Positions 49,921-58,453 of a DNA stretch of 64,000 nt are shown piece after piece; the stretch's first letter is position 1; each line of letters begins with the position of its first letter. The stretch spans positions 3,316 to 67,315 of the forward strand of contig RDOE01000004.1 of the NCBI GenBank assembly GCA_011364975.1, in the 5' to 3' direction. The notes beneath the pieces are model-generated. The model was not told the DNA's origin. It did no database searches and was given only the letters and a program-made list of their open reading frames with translations. Source of the DNA: Promethearchaeota archaeon. GTDB taxonomy: Archaea > Asgardarchaeota > Lokiarchaeia > Sigyniarchaeales > SOKP01. The position numbers and the translations under genes were made by a program.

Positions 49921-51003
49921 ATGCAAACTTTTAAAATAATCCCTCAGTTTCGGGATAATTGCGTAATCCAAGGAAAGAAGGATTGGTTTCAGGATCTTAG
50001 TTTAGGAGATACGATATTTTTAATCGCAAATGAGCCTACTAAAAAATTCTCTATAATTACTAAAATAGATGGCATAGAGCCTGGAGAAGAACCAATTATA
50101 TATGTAGATCAACGCAATTTGGAAAAATTTGCAGAAGGAGATAAGGTATATCTTTTAAAATATAACCCTGCAGAAGCAATTGAAGTTCGAATTCATATCT
50201 CCGATGAATATAGTCTTATTTCAAAAGGAGATTGGACCAAAAATATTAAACCTTCATTAACTAATAGATTGATTGATATAGGTCAAGAGATTTCCTTTTT
50301 AATTCCATGGGATGCGGGAGATCCAATTATCGGAGCAGGGCTAATAACCTCTACTTTGCCGAATCCTCCATTATTCATCGGTGATCGAACAAAAATTATT
50401 TTAGATAAATTTTCTAATGAGATTCTTTCTAAACTTAAACGTCTTACGATACAAAGTAAAGAAGATCGAGTAGAGATACTGGAAAAACAAATAGAGCAAA
50501 ATATCATAGAGTTTATTAAGAAAATAAAACATCAAAATTACCCCTTCAAAGGTCAAAAATATCAATTTAAAGCAACAAATCCAAAACAATTATTTGAGTC
50601 TATTCTCACATTATTTAAAGGTTTGGATATAATAGAAGAACCAGTTGAAAAAAATTTTGATGAGAAAGATCAAGATTATTTTGCATCAGTGGTCTTCTTA
50701 AATAGAGAAATTGTCCCATATTTACAACTGATTGATCTTCAAATTATTGGTCTTAAAAATACTGGCATGCTAATAATATGGGTTACTGGAGAAAAGGAAG
50801 AGATTGTTGAAGAGACATTAAACAATTATAATACAAAAATATCAGCATTAAAACAAGGTTTAGAACAACATATAAACCTAGTAAGCATACAATGCCCAGA
50901 ATGTGGCGGAGCTTTACCAATAAAAGATATTCAGATAAATGGTATTGTTGAATGTGCATACTGTGCTAGAATTTCTAAAATACCTAAAGCATTACGATAT
51001 TAA
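49921..51003 (+). CDS. Cdc48/VAT N-domain-like protein (double-psi barrel plus beta-clam) with a coiled-coil middle and a C-terminal Zn ribbon. No ATPase domain. First gene of the Ub-like operon.
   Basis: 360 aa. LSLGDTIFLIAN...IIYVDQRNLEKFAEGDKVYLLKYNPAEAIEVRI aligns by eye with VAT-N IGDVVEIE...IVRIDSVMRNNCGASIGDKVKVRKV..AKKVTL. IDIGQEISFLIP...GLITSTLPNPPLFIGDRTKIIL matches the second subdomain. C-terminus is CPECGG-x17-CAYC. Confidence 0.55.
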   Translation: MQTFKIIPQFRDNCVIQGKKDWFQDLSLGDTIFLIANEPTKKFSIITKIDGIEPGEEPIIYVDQRNLEKFAEGDKVYLLKYNPAEAIEVRIHISDEYSLISKGDWTKNIKPSLTNRLIDIGQEISFLIPWDAGDPIIGAGLITSTLPNPPLFIGDRTKIILDKFSNEILSKLKRLTIQSKEDRVEILEKQIEQNIIEFIKKIKHQNYPFKGQKYQFKATNPKQLFESILTLFKGLDIIEEPVEKNFDEKDQDYFASVVFLNREIVPYLQLIDLQIIGLKNTGMLIIWVTGEKEEIVEETLNNYNTKISALKQGLEQHINLVSIQCPECGGALPIKDIQINGIVECAYCARISKIPKALRY

Positions 51004-51008
51004 TTAAA

Positions 51009-51842
51009 GTGGAATTAATCATGGATGAAAACCGATATACTAGACTCAAAGCGCTAAAAGATTTTGGATATGAAATTAACTGGGATGATTTAAAAAGAAA
51101 AAGCGTTGCTATTATTGGTATAGGAGGTTTAGGAACTGTAAGTTCAGAAATGGTGACACGGTGTGGAGTGGGAAAATTAGCTTTATTTGACTTTGATACA
51201 GTTGAACCAGTTAATCTTAATAGAAGTATGTTTAAACCGAAGCATATTGGAAAACCAAAGGCAGAGATAGCCGCAAAAATATTAAATGAAATCAATCCTG
51301 ATGTTAAAATCTATTACTTTATTAAGGACATTATGGATATTGATTTTGAATTTACATTTGAAAAAGAACTTTCAAAGATGGACATAATTCTTAACGGACT
51401 TGATAATATTTCTGCTAGAGAATACCTTAATAGTAAATGTGTAAAGTTGAGAATTCCATATATTGATGCTGGAGCTTCTCGCAGCGGATTATCGGGTTAT
51501 ATTCACCCCATTATTCCTTTCAAAACAGCATGTGCTAAATGTATTAAAAGTATAGCAATAAATCTTCCCGAAGAGAGAGGAGAGCCTTGTGTAGCATCTC
51601 TACCAACAACTATGGCGATACTAGCAAGTATTCAAGTGCAAGAAATGTTAAAACTTCTTCTAAAATTTGGTGAAATGATTGATTATGTTATGTATCATAT
51701 GATTACTGGACAATTCCTTCATTACAATACAAAGAAAGATAATAATTGTCCTATCTGTGGTATTAGAAAAAAAGACGGTAAAAGAATAAAGTCAAAGGTT
51801 ACAGATAAAGATATAGAGGATATAATTGAAAAAATAGAATAA
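51009..51842 (+). CDS. E1-like ubiquitin-activating enzyme (ThiF/MoeB/Uba family).
   Basis: 277 aa. Motifs IIGIGGLGTVSSEMVTRCGVGKLALFDFDTVEPVNLNRSMF, CAKC...CPIC zinc pairs, and PCVASLPTT (Cys loop). An alternative ATG start at 51021 has better spacing to an AGTGGA box. Confidence 0.85.
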   Translation: MELIMDENRYTRLKALKDFGYEINWDDLKRKSVAIIGIGGLGTVSSEMVTRCGVGKLALFDFDTVEPVNLNRSMFKPKHIGKPKAEIAAKILNEINPDVKIYYFIKDIMDIDFEFTFEKELSKMDIILNGLDNISAREYLNSKCVKLRIPYIDAGASRSGLSGYIHPIIPFKTACAKCIKSIAINLPEERGEPCVASLPTTMAILASIQVQEMLKLLLKFGEMIDYVMYHMITGQFLHYNTKKDNNCPICGIRKKDGKRIKSKVTDKDIEDIIEKIE

Positions 51843-51974
51843 ATTAGGTGGTTTATCATCAAAAGGATCCAAATACCCCAAATTTTCATTGAGGTCATTA
51901 AGAATCAAGCTATCCTTAGTTACGAAGAGATATATGGATGGCTAATTGGATATTCTGAGTCAAATGTAACTAAA

Positions 51975-53051
51975 GTGTTAGCAATTTATGAATGTACACA
52001 ATTTATAGAACAAACGGTTATCCATGCAATGCCAGATATATTAGAATTTCAAGAAATTAGTTCAGTTCTTCCTCAAGGTATTGGACCAATAGGTATTTAT
52101 CATTCTCATCCAAGCCTAAGTGATATTTTTCATTCTCATACTGATGATTCAACTCTGATAAGCTTAACAAATCAATTTCAAGATTGCATCTCAATAATTA
52201 CTAATGGACAGAACATTAAATTCTACCAAATGGGGAAAAATTATAAAACTAAAGAAATAGAAGTTGAGTATATTGAACCGGAAGTACCAAAATTTATGTT
52301 AGTTTCAATTAATGAAAAATTTGAAATTTTCATTGATCCCGAATTTTTAACTCAAGAAAAAAGTTTAAGTAAATTAAATATACAAATTCAAAATTTAATC
52401 ATAAATTATTTTCAAAATAACTGGAACGAATTAGAATTTACACATAATAACTCAATAATAGGAAATAAAGATAAATTGCATAAATATTTAGTAGAGAAGT
52501 TAAATACGGAACCATTACGGCTTAAAATTCCATCTAATTTAAAGCAGCGTCATAGAAATTTATTAAAAGTTATCCAGAAAGGCAATAAGGATGATACTGT
52601 AAGTTACGAAGCTTTTGAATTTATTATTAATACAAAATTTCCACTCTATAATATTCGAAAGTATGATAATTTTGATACACTTAGTCAGAAAGTAAAGGAT
52701 GAATTTTTAGGAAATAATCTCATTCAAAAATTGCATAATTTAATCATTGATAAAGAAAACCTTAGAATTATTATACCTAATGACTATTATTTGAAGTTTT
52801 TTGGATTCTATATAAGAACTTTGAACTTCAATAAAAAAAACTTAAATGAAATCTTAATTAAGAATGAACCGTATAAGTTTGAATTGAAAATAATTCGCTT
52901 TTTGAAATCCTTCATAAATTTGGAAGTTTCAATTAAGTTTAAGAACTATTTATATGAGCTTTTGAATAATTTGGAAGATTTTGCTGAACATTTTACATGG
53001 AAAGAGAAATTAAGTGAAGATTTAAAACAACTCAAAATTAACTTAAAGTAG
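51975..53051 (+). CDS. JAMM/MPN+ metalloprotease (Rpn11-like deubiquitinase candidate) with a roughly 240-aa helical C-terminal extension. The true start is probably upstream, near 51855.
   Basis: JAMM motif GIYHSHPSLSDIFHSHTDDS. The matching catalytic Glu motif (EEIYGWLIGY) is encoded at 51924..51953, upstream of GTG 51975, in the same open frame. Confidence 0.75.
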   Translation: MLAIYECTQFIEQTVIHAMPDILEFQEISSVLPQGIGPIGIYHSHPSLSDIFHSHTDDSTLISLTNQFQDCISIITNGQNIKFYQMGKNYKTKEIEVEYIEPEVPKFMLVSINEKFEIFIDPEFLTQEKSLSKLNIQIQNLIINYFQNNWNELEFTHNNSIIGNKDKLHKYLVEKLNTEPLRLKIPSNLKQRHRNLLKVIQKGNKDDTVSYEAFEFIINTKFPLYNIRKYDNFDTLSQKVKDEFLGNNLIQKLHNLIIDKENLRIIIPNDYYLKFFGFYIRTLNFNKKNLNEILIKNEPYKFELKIIRFLKSFINLEVSIKFKNYLYELLNNLEDFAEHFTWKEKLSEDLKQLKINLK

Positions 53052-53147
53052 TAATGAAATTATTAATATTGAAAACCAAAATTAAAAAAAAATAAAAGGA
53101 ACATTTTTTTTAAATTTAATAAGATAAAAATCAGAGGTTAAAATATA

Positions 53148-53414
53148 ATGGCATCTGAATTAAATACCATCTATTTTGTTAATAAATTTGGAACAGAAAA
53201 AAAGCAAGTGCCATTCCCTGTTTCAGCAAACATTAAATTAATGGATGTTGTTCCAGAAATCTCAAAAAAGTTTGGAATCTCTTCTCAAAATGTTTGTATT
53301 GCAAATATGGGAGGACAAGTACTAACTAATACAGACCTATTAAGTCCAATTAAAGAAATTGTTGAAAAGTTCGGAAATACTTTTGATATTATTGATAGAG
53401 GGATTGTTGGGTGA
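53148..53414 (+). CDS. Ubiquitin-like beta-grasp modifier.
   Basis: 88 aa, small and operon-embedded between JAMM and E2. C-terminus is ...DIIDRGIVG directly before the stop. The TGA stop overlaps the GTG start of the E2-like gene (GTGA). Confidence 0.7.
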   Translation: MASELNTIYFVNKFGTEKKQVPFPVSANIKLMDVVPEISKKFGISSQNVCIANMGGQVLTNTDLLSPIKEIVEKFGNTFDIIDRGIVG

Positions 53415-53953
53415 CCAGTTCAGATAAAAGATGGCAAAGGTCTATAGTAGATGAATTAATTCAAGAATTTTCTAACAATTGGGTTTCCATAGGACCTAAA
53501 AATCCTGCATGGAAAGATCGGGTAAAGTTAGAGATCGAAAAAATTATGCAGTATATTAATTTCTTAAAGAATACTAAAAATAGACCTTGGTTTAAGTTAT
53601 TTCCAGAACGAAATCCTCGTTATAATTATTTAATTTGGGCAGGAAATTTGGTTGTGCCTGAACGATCTGAAATAAATTTCGATATCAAAGTATTACTTAC
53701 TTCTGAATATCCAAAAGTATGTCCAAGATGTTTCGCAGAAGAATCTATTTTAAATTACTGTGGTAAAATATTTTTGAAGAATATATGGGAACAGGATAGT
53801 AAAAAGTACGTAATGATATGTCATGAACATATGTCTGATACTAATGCATGGAATGAGCGTCTTGGTATTGTTCATTTCTTTATACGCCAGGTATGGGTAT
53901 GGTGGGCTGCTCAACAAAATGTAATTATCCAAGAATATGATAAAAAACATTAA
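53411..53953 (+). CDS. E2-like ubiquitin-conjugating enzyme (UBC fold).
   Basis: 180 aa. FDIKVLLTSEYPKVCPRCFAEE resembles the UBC YP-x-x-PP-x-x-F segment. NYCGKIFLKNIW resembles the catalytic G-x-ICL-x-x-L-x-x-x-W segment. Confidence 0.65.
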   Translation: MTSSDKRWQRSIVDELIQEFSNNWVSIGPKNPAWKDRVKLEIEKIMQYINFLKNTKNRPWFKLFPERNPRYNYLIWAGNLVVPERSEINFDIKVLLTSEYPKVCPRCFAEESILNYCGKIFLKNIWEQDSKKYVMICHEHMSDTNAWNERLGIVHFFIRQVWVWWAAQQNVIIQEYDKKH

Positions 53954-54161
53954 TTTTTGGTATCATAACCTAGTTTTAAAAAAATTATTTATTTCTTTAA
54001 TTCATGCCTTCTTCTATGCATAAATTCAAGATAAACCGTTGTTTTAGTTGAATATTATAGTTTTATTATTAATGCAAAATGATGCAATATATACCCATTA
54101 TGCAATTATTTAAATATAAGTATATCCATATAATATCATATAAAATAGCAAAGTAACAAGA

Positions 54162-55544
54162 ATGTCTAGAGAATCCAACCAACCCTCCAATACTAAGGAT
54201 ATGCCAATTAGCTTACAAGGGATTGAAAAAATCTTGATTTTTTTAAATAATAATGATAAAATCCTTTTTAGTATTAGAGAAATTGGTTACAAGACTAAGT
54301 TATCGACCCGAACGGTCAAAAATATTCTACTGCAATTAGAAAAATTTAATCAGGTTGAACGTGTCATTGAAGGGAATAATGTTATCCCAAAATGGCAAAT
54401 CACTAAATTCGGAAAAAGAGTATTAAAAGAAGCTAAGGGTGTTGGGAATAATATCACATTTTCTACAAGAGAAGAAGAATTGTTAAAAGGAATAGTGATA
54501 CCTCAAGAAAAATTTCTTGATAATGATTTAAAAAAGACTTTAGATAGAGCACTATCTGAATTAAATACTATGCAAGTTGAAATAAGTAAAATTTTGGGGT
54601 CAATTCTTAATATAAATAATCCAATTTTAGAAGAAACTACTGGATTCATTTTAAAAAGAATCAAATTTCTCAAGCAAAAACTTACTAATTTGTTTGATGA
54701 CCGAACATCTCAAATTTCTAAAGTGGGTGAAAAATCAAAGAAATTTTCCAAAGAAGAGATAAAATTTAATAAAGTGGAAAAATTGCTCTTCAACTCATTA
54801 ATTATTAATCAGATGAAGAGAATTTCAGATATAATTATAGATCTTTCCAATAATGTTGAACATCTAGAAGTTAATAATTCTCTCTCTCTTGCTAATGATT
54901 TAAGAGACGAGATTAGGATCATAAGTGACTTAATTAATCAAAGGGAATCATTAAAAATAGGTTTAAATATTCTTCTAAAAGAAGATTTAAAACAACTTTC
55001 CAATAATAAAATTGCACCTGATATTCTGGATAAAATAATTGAGATTCCCTTGTCTGAGGATATTTTAGGGAGAGAAGTTGGAGAAACGGTACTAACGTTA
55101 TTAAACAGGTTAAATAAAAATGAGACAGTTCTTATAGATCATAATTATGAATTGACAGATTTTATTCCTTTGTTTAAACTCTTTCAGCTTATTTTAGATG
55201 AAAAGCCCAATTTAAACTTTACCATCGATAAATTAGAAGAAACAATCAATGAACTCTCTGAACAAGGATACATCCCTGGAATGAAAACTATTCGGGATGC
55301 AGAAAACAATTATTTGAAAGTAGTTCAACTTAAACCTCATGATGTTTCACAAGATGAGATAGAATTAGTAAAAATTGCATTGAAGCAAGAAAAGTTTACT
55401 CTCGCAGATATTATCAAATTAACAGGTTGGTCTCCAGAACACGCATCAGAACTTTTAAATAAGCTAACAAAGCTTGGAATATTAAACTATTCCAGGTCTT
55501 TTTTACATGGAGAACGATGGTTTGTTATAACCGAGCAAAAATAA
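54162..55544 (+). CDS. Winged-helix protein: N-terminal wHTH, coiled-coil middle, and a C-terminal EAP30 (ESCRT-II Vps22/Vps36)-like tandem WH.
   Basis: 460 aa. N-terminus FSIREIGYKTKLSTRTVKNILLQLEKFNQVERV. The C-terminus KTIRDAENNYLKVVQLKP...FTLADIIKLTGWSPEHASELLNKLTKLGILNYSRSFLHGERWFV parallels the human SNF8 C-terminus (LRVFDSGVMVIELQS...[44 protein letters not shown]). Confidence 0.5.
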   Translation: MSRESNQPSNTKDMPISLQGIEKILIFLNNNDKILFSIREIGYKTKLSTRTVKNILLQLEKFNQVERVIEGNNVIPKWQITKFGKRVLKEAKGVGNNITFSTREEELLKGIVIPQEKFLDNDLKKTLDRALSELNTMQVEISKILGSILNINNPILEETTGFILKRIKFLKQKLTNLFDDRTSQISKVGEKSKKFSKEEIKFNKVEKLLFNSLIINQMKRISDIIIDLSNNVEHLEVNNSLSLANDLRDEIRIISDLINQRESLKIGLNILLKEDLKQLSNNKIAPDILDKIIEIPLSEDILGREVGETVLTLLNRLNKNETVLIDHNYELTDFIPLFKLFQLILDEKPNLNFTIDKLEETINELSEQGYIPGMKTIRDAENNYLKVVQLKPHDVSQDEIELVKIALKQEKFTLADIIKLTGWSPEHASELLNKLTKLGILNYSRSFLHGERWFVITEQK

Positions 55545-55575
55545 TAAATTTAAATTAAAAAGTGAGGATGGAGTA

Positions 55576-56676
55576 ATGTATAAGGAAATAAAAGGTAAAA
55601 GTGTTGTTGATTCCGAGCCAGAGATTATTGCTTGGCAACGTCATGGGATTGATACTAAAAATGGGCCGCTAATTTATGTATTTCCTAAACCAGGTGATGA
55701 TATAAAAAGCAAGAAATTTTTTGCTGTAAAAGATTATGAAAGAGCATTATTTTATAATAAGGGAGAACTTCTAGGAGTCCTCGGGGGCGGGGTCTATGAA
55801 CTAGAGAAAAAGGCAAAAATAAAGGGGACGGAGATCGTTTGGATTGACACCTCTTTTGTAGACATCCAGTGGGGAATACCACAATCTAGTGGTATACCCA
55901 CTTTGGATGGTACTATTCTCGGTTTACATGGAGATCTAAAATTGAAAATAAGGGATGTTAAAATATTTTACAATGATGTAGTAGCTGGTAAAAGCCCTTG
56001 GACCGTTCAAAATCTGAAAGAATTTATAATGAGTCTACTGCATACATCCTTTAGAGATATATTTAAAAAATATAAGGCTAAACAAGTTTTACTAGAGGAG
56101 CGAGAGCGAATAATTAATCTACTTACAGCGAAGGTCGCCGAGGATTTTTTAAGATATGGTTTAGAGCTAGAAACCTTGAATATACTTGGTGTTAAAACCT
56201 CTGAAGGTACAGAAACTCTTTTTAGAGTAGAAAAAGAAAAAAGTAATGTTTCAGATGAGATCGAAATTTTAAAAATAAAAAAAGATCTTGACGCTCAAAA
56301 AATGGAATTAGAGGCTGCTAAACGAGAATTTCATCGAAAAGAAGAGATTTTAGATTCTCGTATGGAATTGGAAAAATCTAAACTTCAAACTGAGGCAGAA
56401 AAGATTGAGGGAGAAGCTAAATCTGCTGTGTTGGAAAAACACGCTAGAGCGGCTGTAGCAGGAGAGATGAGAATATTGGAGGTTCATGGAGATAAAGCAT
56501 TAGAAATCGCAGATAGTAGTAGAAAGGATCAAATTCGGGCTAAGATTGATGAATTAAAAGAAAAGTTAGATAAATTTGATAATTTATTAGCAGAAGATAA
56601 AATTTCAAAGGATATTTATAAAACAAGAGTAGAGCGAATTGAAAAAGAACTGAAAGCGCTTGAACAACAACTTTAA
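55576..56676 (+). CDS. SPFH/Band-7-like (YdjI-type) domain protein with a long coiled coil and a SHOCT-like C-terminus.
   Basis: 366 aa. N-terminal pattern FAVKDYERALFYNKGELLGVLGGGVYEL...IVWIDTSFVDIQWGIP...LHGDLKLKIRDVKIFY. The C-terminal 150 aa is heptad-rich and ends LLAEDKISKDIYKTRVERIEKEL. Confidence 0.5.
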   Translation: MYKEIKGKSVVDSEPEIIAWQRHGIDTKNGPLIYVFPKPGDDIKSKKFFAVKDYERALFYNKGELLGVLGGGVYELEKKAKIKGTEIVWIDTSFVDIQWGIPQSSGIPTLDGTILGLHGDLKLKIRDVKIFYNDVVAGKSPWTVQNLKEFIMSLLHTSFRDIFKKYKAKQVLLEERERIINLLTAKVAEDFLRYGLELETLNILGVKTSEGTETLFRVEKEKSNVSDEIEILKIKKDLDAQKMELEAAKREFHRKEEILDSRMELEKSKLQTEAEKIEGEAKSAVLEKHARAAVAGEMRILEVHGDKALEIADSSRKDQIRAKIDELKEKLDKFDNLLAEDKISKDIYKTRVERIEKELKALEQQL

Positions 56677-56927
56677 TATATTCCTAATTTCCCCAATTTA
56701 CCCAAAATGCATTAATAGATCGCTTTAAGTAATCAGAGGGAATAATAAACACTAAAATGAAAAAGATATAACTTCTTTTCTTTTTCTTGTTAATTAGACA
56801 AGATCTTTGAACGATCTTCTAAAAATTTCTTATTTTTCCAAGTTATTTTTACAATTATGTCTATAACTAAGAATAATACTTATAAGCTACTTTCTTCCAA
56901 TATTACATATTTATTAAATAAATAGAG

Positions 56928-58250
56928 GTGAAATTTCAAATTAAGTCAAGATCATCAATAGTTGCCATAATAGCACTAATAATTGGCATATCTGGAGTAG
57001 GATTTGGAGTATATTCTACTTTTTTCCAGCACCCATTGGATCAAATCGATGAAAAGGATATTTCAAGCAATATAGTCGTAGGAATACTAGATCCTGACCA
57101 TGAAGAAACTGTATCAAACACAATTGAAATAAGAGCTATAGTAGCAGGTTCTAATCAATATACAACTTCAGTTTTAAGAAATGGGACTCAAATTGGGGCT
57201 CAAATTCCACTTCAATGGAACACAAAAACAGTTGTAGATGGATGGTGGAACATCACGGTAATCGCTACTGATGTGCTCTCAGGAAATCAAACCCAAGATT
57301 ATGTTAATGTATTTGTCCTTAATAATCCAGAAGAAAATCATATCTATTATTGTTCCTCACAGCAAGAAATAACTTACGCGCTAAACGCGATTTGGTCGGG
57401 GGCCGGTACCATCATAATCACAGAAAACATAATACTCAGTAATACGATAACTATCTCTGGTGGCGGAAGTTATATTATACAAGGGATCTCTCCAAGTATT
57501 ACCATCGATTGTAATGGAGATAGAGCCGCTTTTACAATACTTATGACAAAAACATGTTTAATCAAAGACTTAACATTAGATGCGGCAGATTTAACAACGA
57601 GTTTTAGAGGGATTATATATGCTATGGCTCCATCAACTTATATTCAAAACGTACGATTTTTAGGAGATTCTGATAAACTTGGCACAGGGATTTACGTCCA
57701 AAATGAAGATACTAGAGTCTCTAATTGTTACTTCAATAATTTACAAGAAGGAATATCCGTTTCTTTAATTGCAGAGTATTCATATATTTCTGAGAATACA
57801 TTTATTAACTGTAGTTCAGCTGCTATAACTATAGCAAGTAAAAGAGTCATTTGCGAAAATAATTGCATAAACTCTTGTTTTAAGGGAATAATGAATATAG
57901 GTGATTTTTGTTCCTTTAGCAATAACATTTTGTATCAATGTGAGGATACTGGAATTTATCTTTATGGTGATTTCAATACTTTTTCAGGAAATTCAATAAC
58001 AGGGATTAGTGTAAACCAAACTAAGAATAATTTCGGAATTTTCGTGGTGTCCGGATCTGACTGTAATGTTTTTACGGGGAATACAATGACATTATTTACT
58101 AATTTAGACCTCACAAATAATGGGTATGGAATGATGATACAAGTTACATGTGGTGAAAATACTGTTGTAGGAAATACAATGCTATTTAATGATATTAATT
58201 ATGCTGATTTTGCTGCTACGACGTTTGAATATGGTAATAATTATATATAA
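56928..58250 (+). CDS. Membrane-anchored surface protein with an Ig-like domain and right-handed parallel beta-helix (PbH1/NosD-like) repeats.
   Basis: 440 aa. N-terminal TM IVAIIALIIGISGVGFGVY. Repeated roughly 22-aa units with N/G-x-I/F patterns (ISENTFINC, CENNCINSC, FSNNILYQC, FSGNSITG, FTGNTMT, VVGNTML). GTG start. Confidence 0.6.
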   Translation: MKFQIKSRSSIVAIIALIIGISGVGFGVYSTFFQHPLDQIDEKDISSNIVVGILDPDHEETVSNTIEIRAIVAGSNQYTTSVLRNGTQIGAQIPLQWNTKTVVDGWWNITVIATDVLSGNQTQDYVNVFVLNNPEENHIYYCSSQQEITYALNAIWSGAGTIIITENIILSNTITISGGGSYIIQGISPSITIDCNGDRAAFTILMTKTCLIKDLTLDAADLTTSFRGIIYAMAPSTYIQNVRFLGDSDKLGTGIYVQNEDTRVSNCYFNNLQEGISVSLIAEYSYISENTFINCSSAAITIASKRVICENNCINSCFKGIMNIGDFCSFSNNILYQCEDTGIYLYGDFNTFSGNSITGISVNQTKNNFGIFVVSGSDCNVFTGNTMTLFTNLDLTNNGYGMMIQVTCGENTVVGNTMLFNDINYADFAATTFEYGNNYI

Positions 58251-58453
58251 TGAGAATCCAACTGTAAATTATATTTTTTTTTCTCTATTCTTCTTTTGAT
58301 ATAATCATTTTGTATAAAAATTGAAATAAACTTAAAGAGATTTAAAAAATAAGCTTTCATGCCCTAAAAATTAATCTGATTACAATAAAAATATATATTA
58401 TTCCTTTTTTATTTCTCTAGATTTAAAATACTTAACAAGATCTTTTTGGAATC

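Noticed and set aside
51009-53051. Treating E1 and JAMM as one fused gene by TAA readthrough.
   Set aside because: This is possible because the frames are identical. However, an SD-like AGGTGG right after the TAA favours independent, non-canonical initiation. It is kept as an open alternative in the finding rather than annotated as a fusion.
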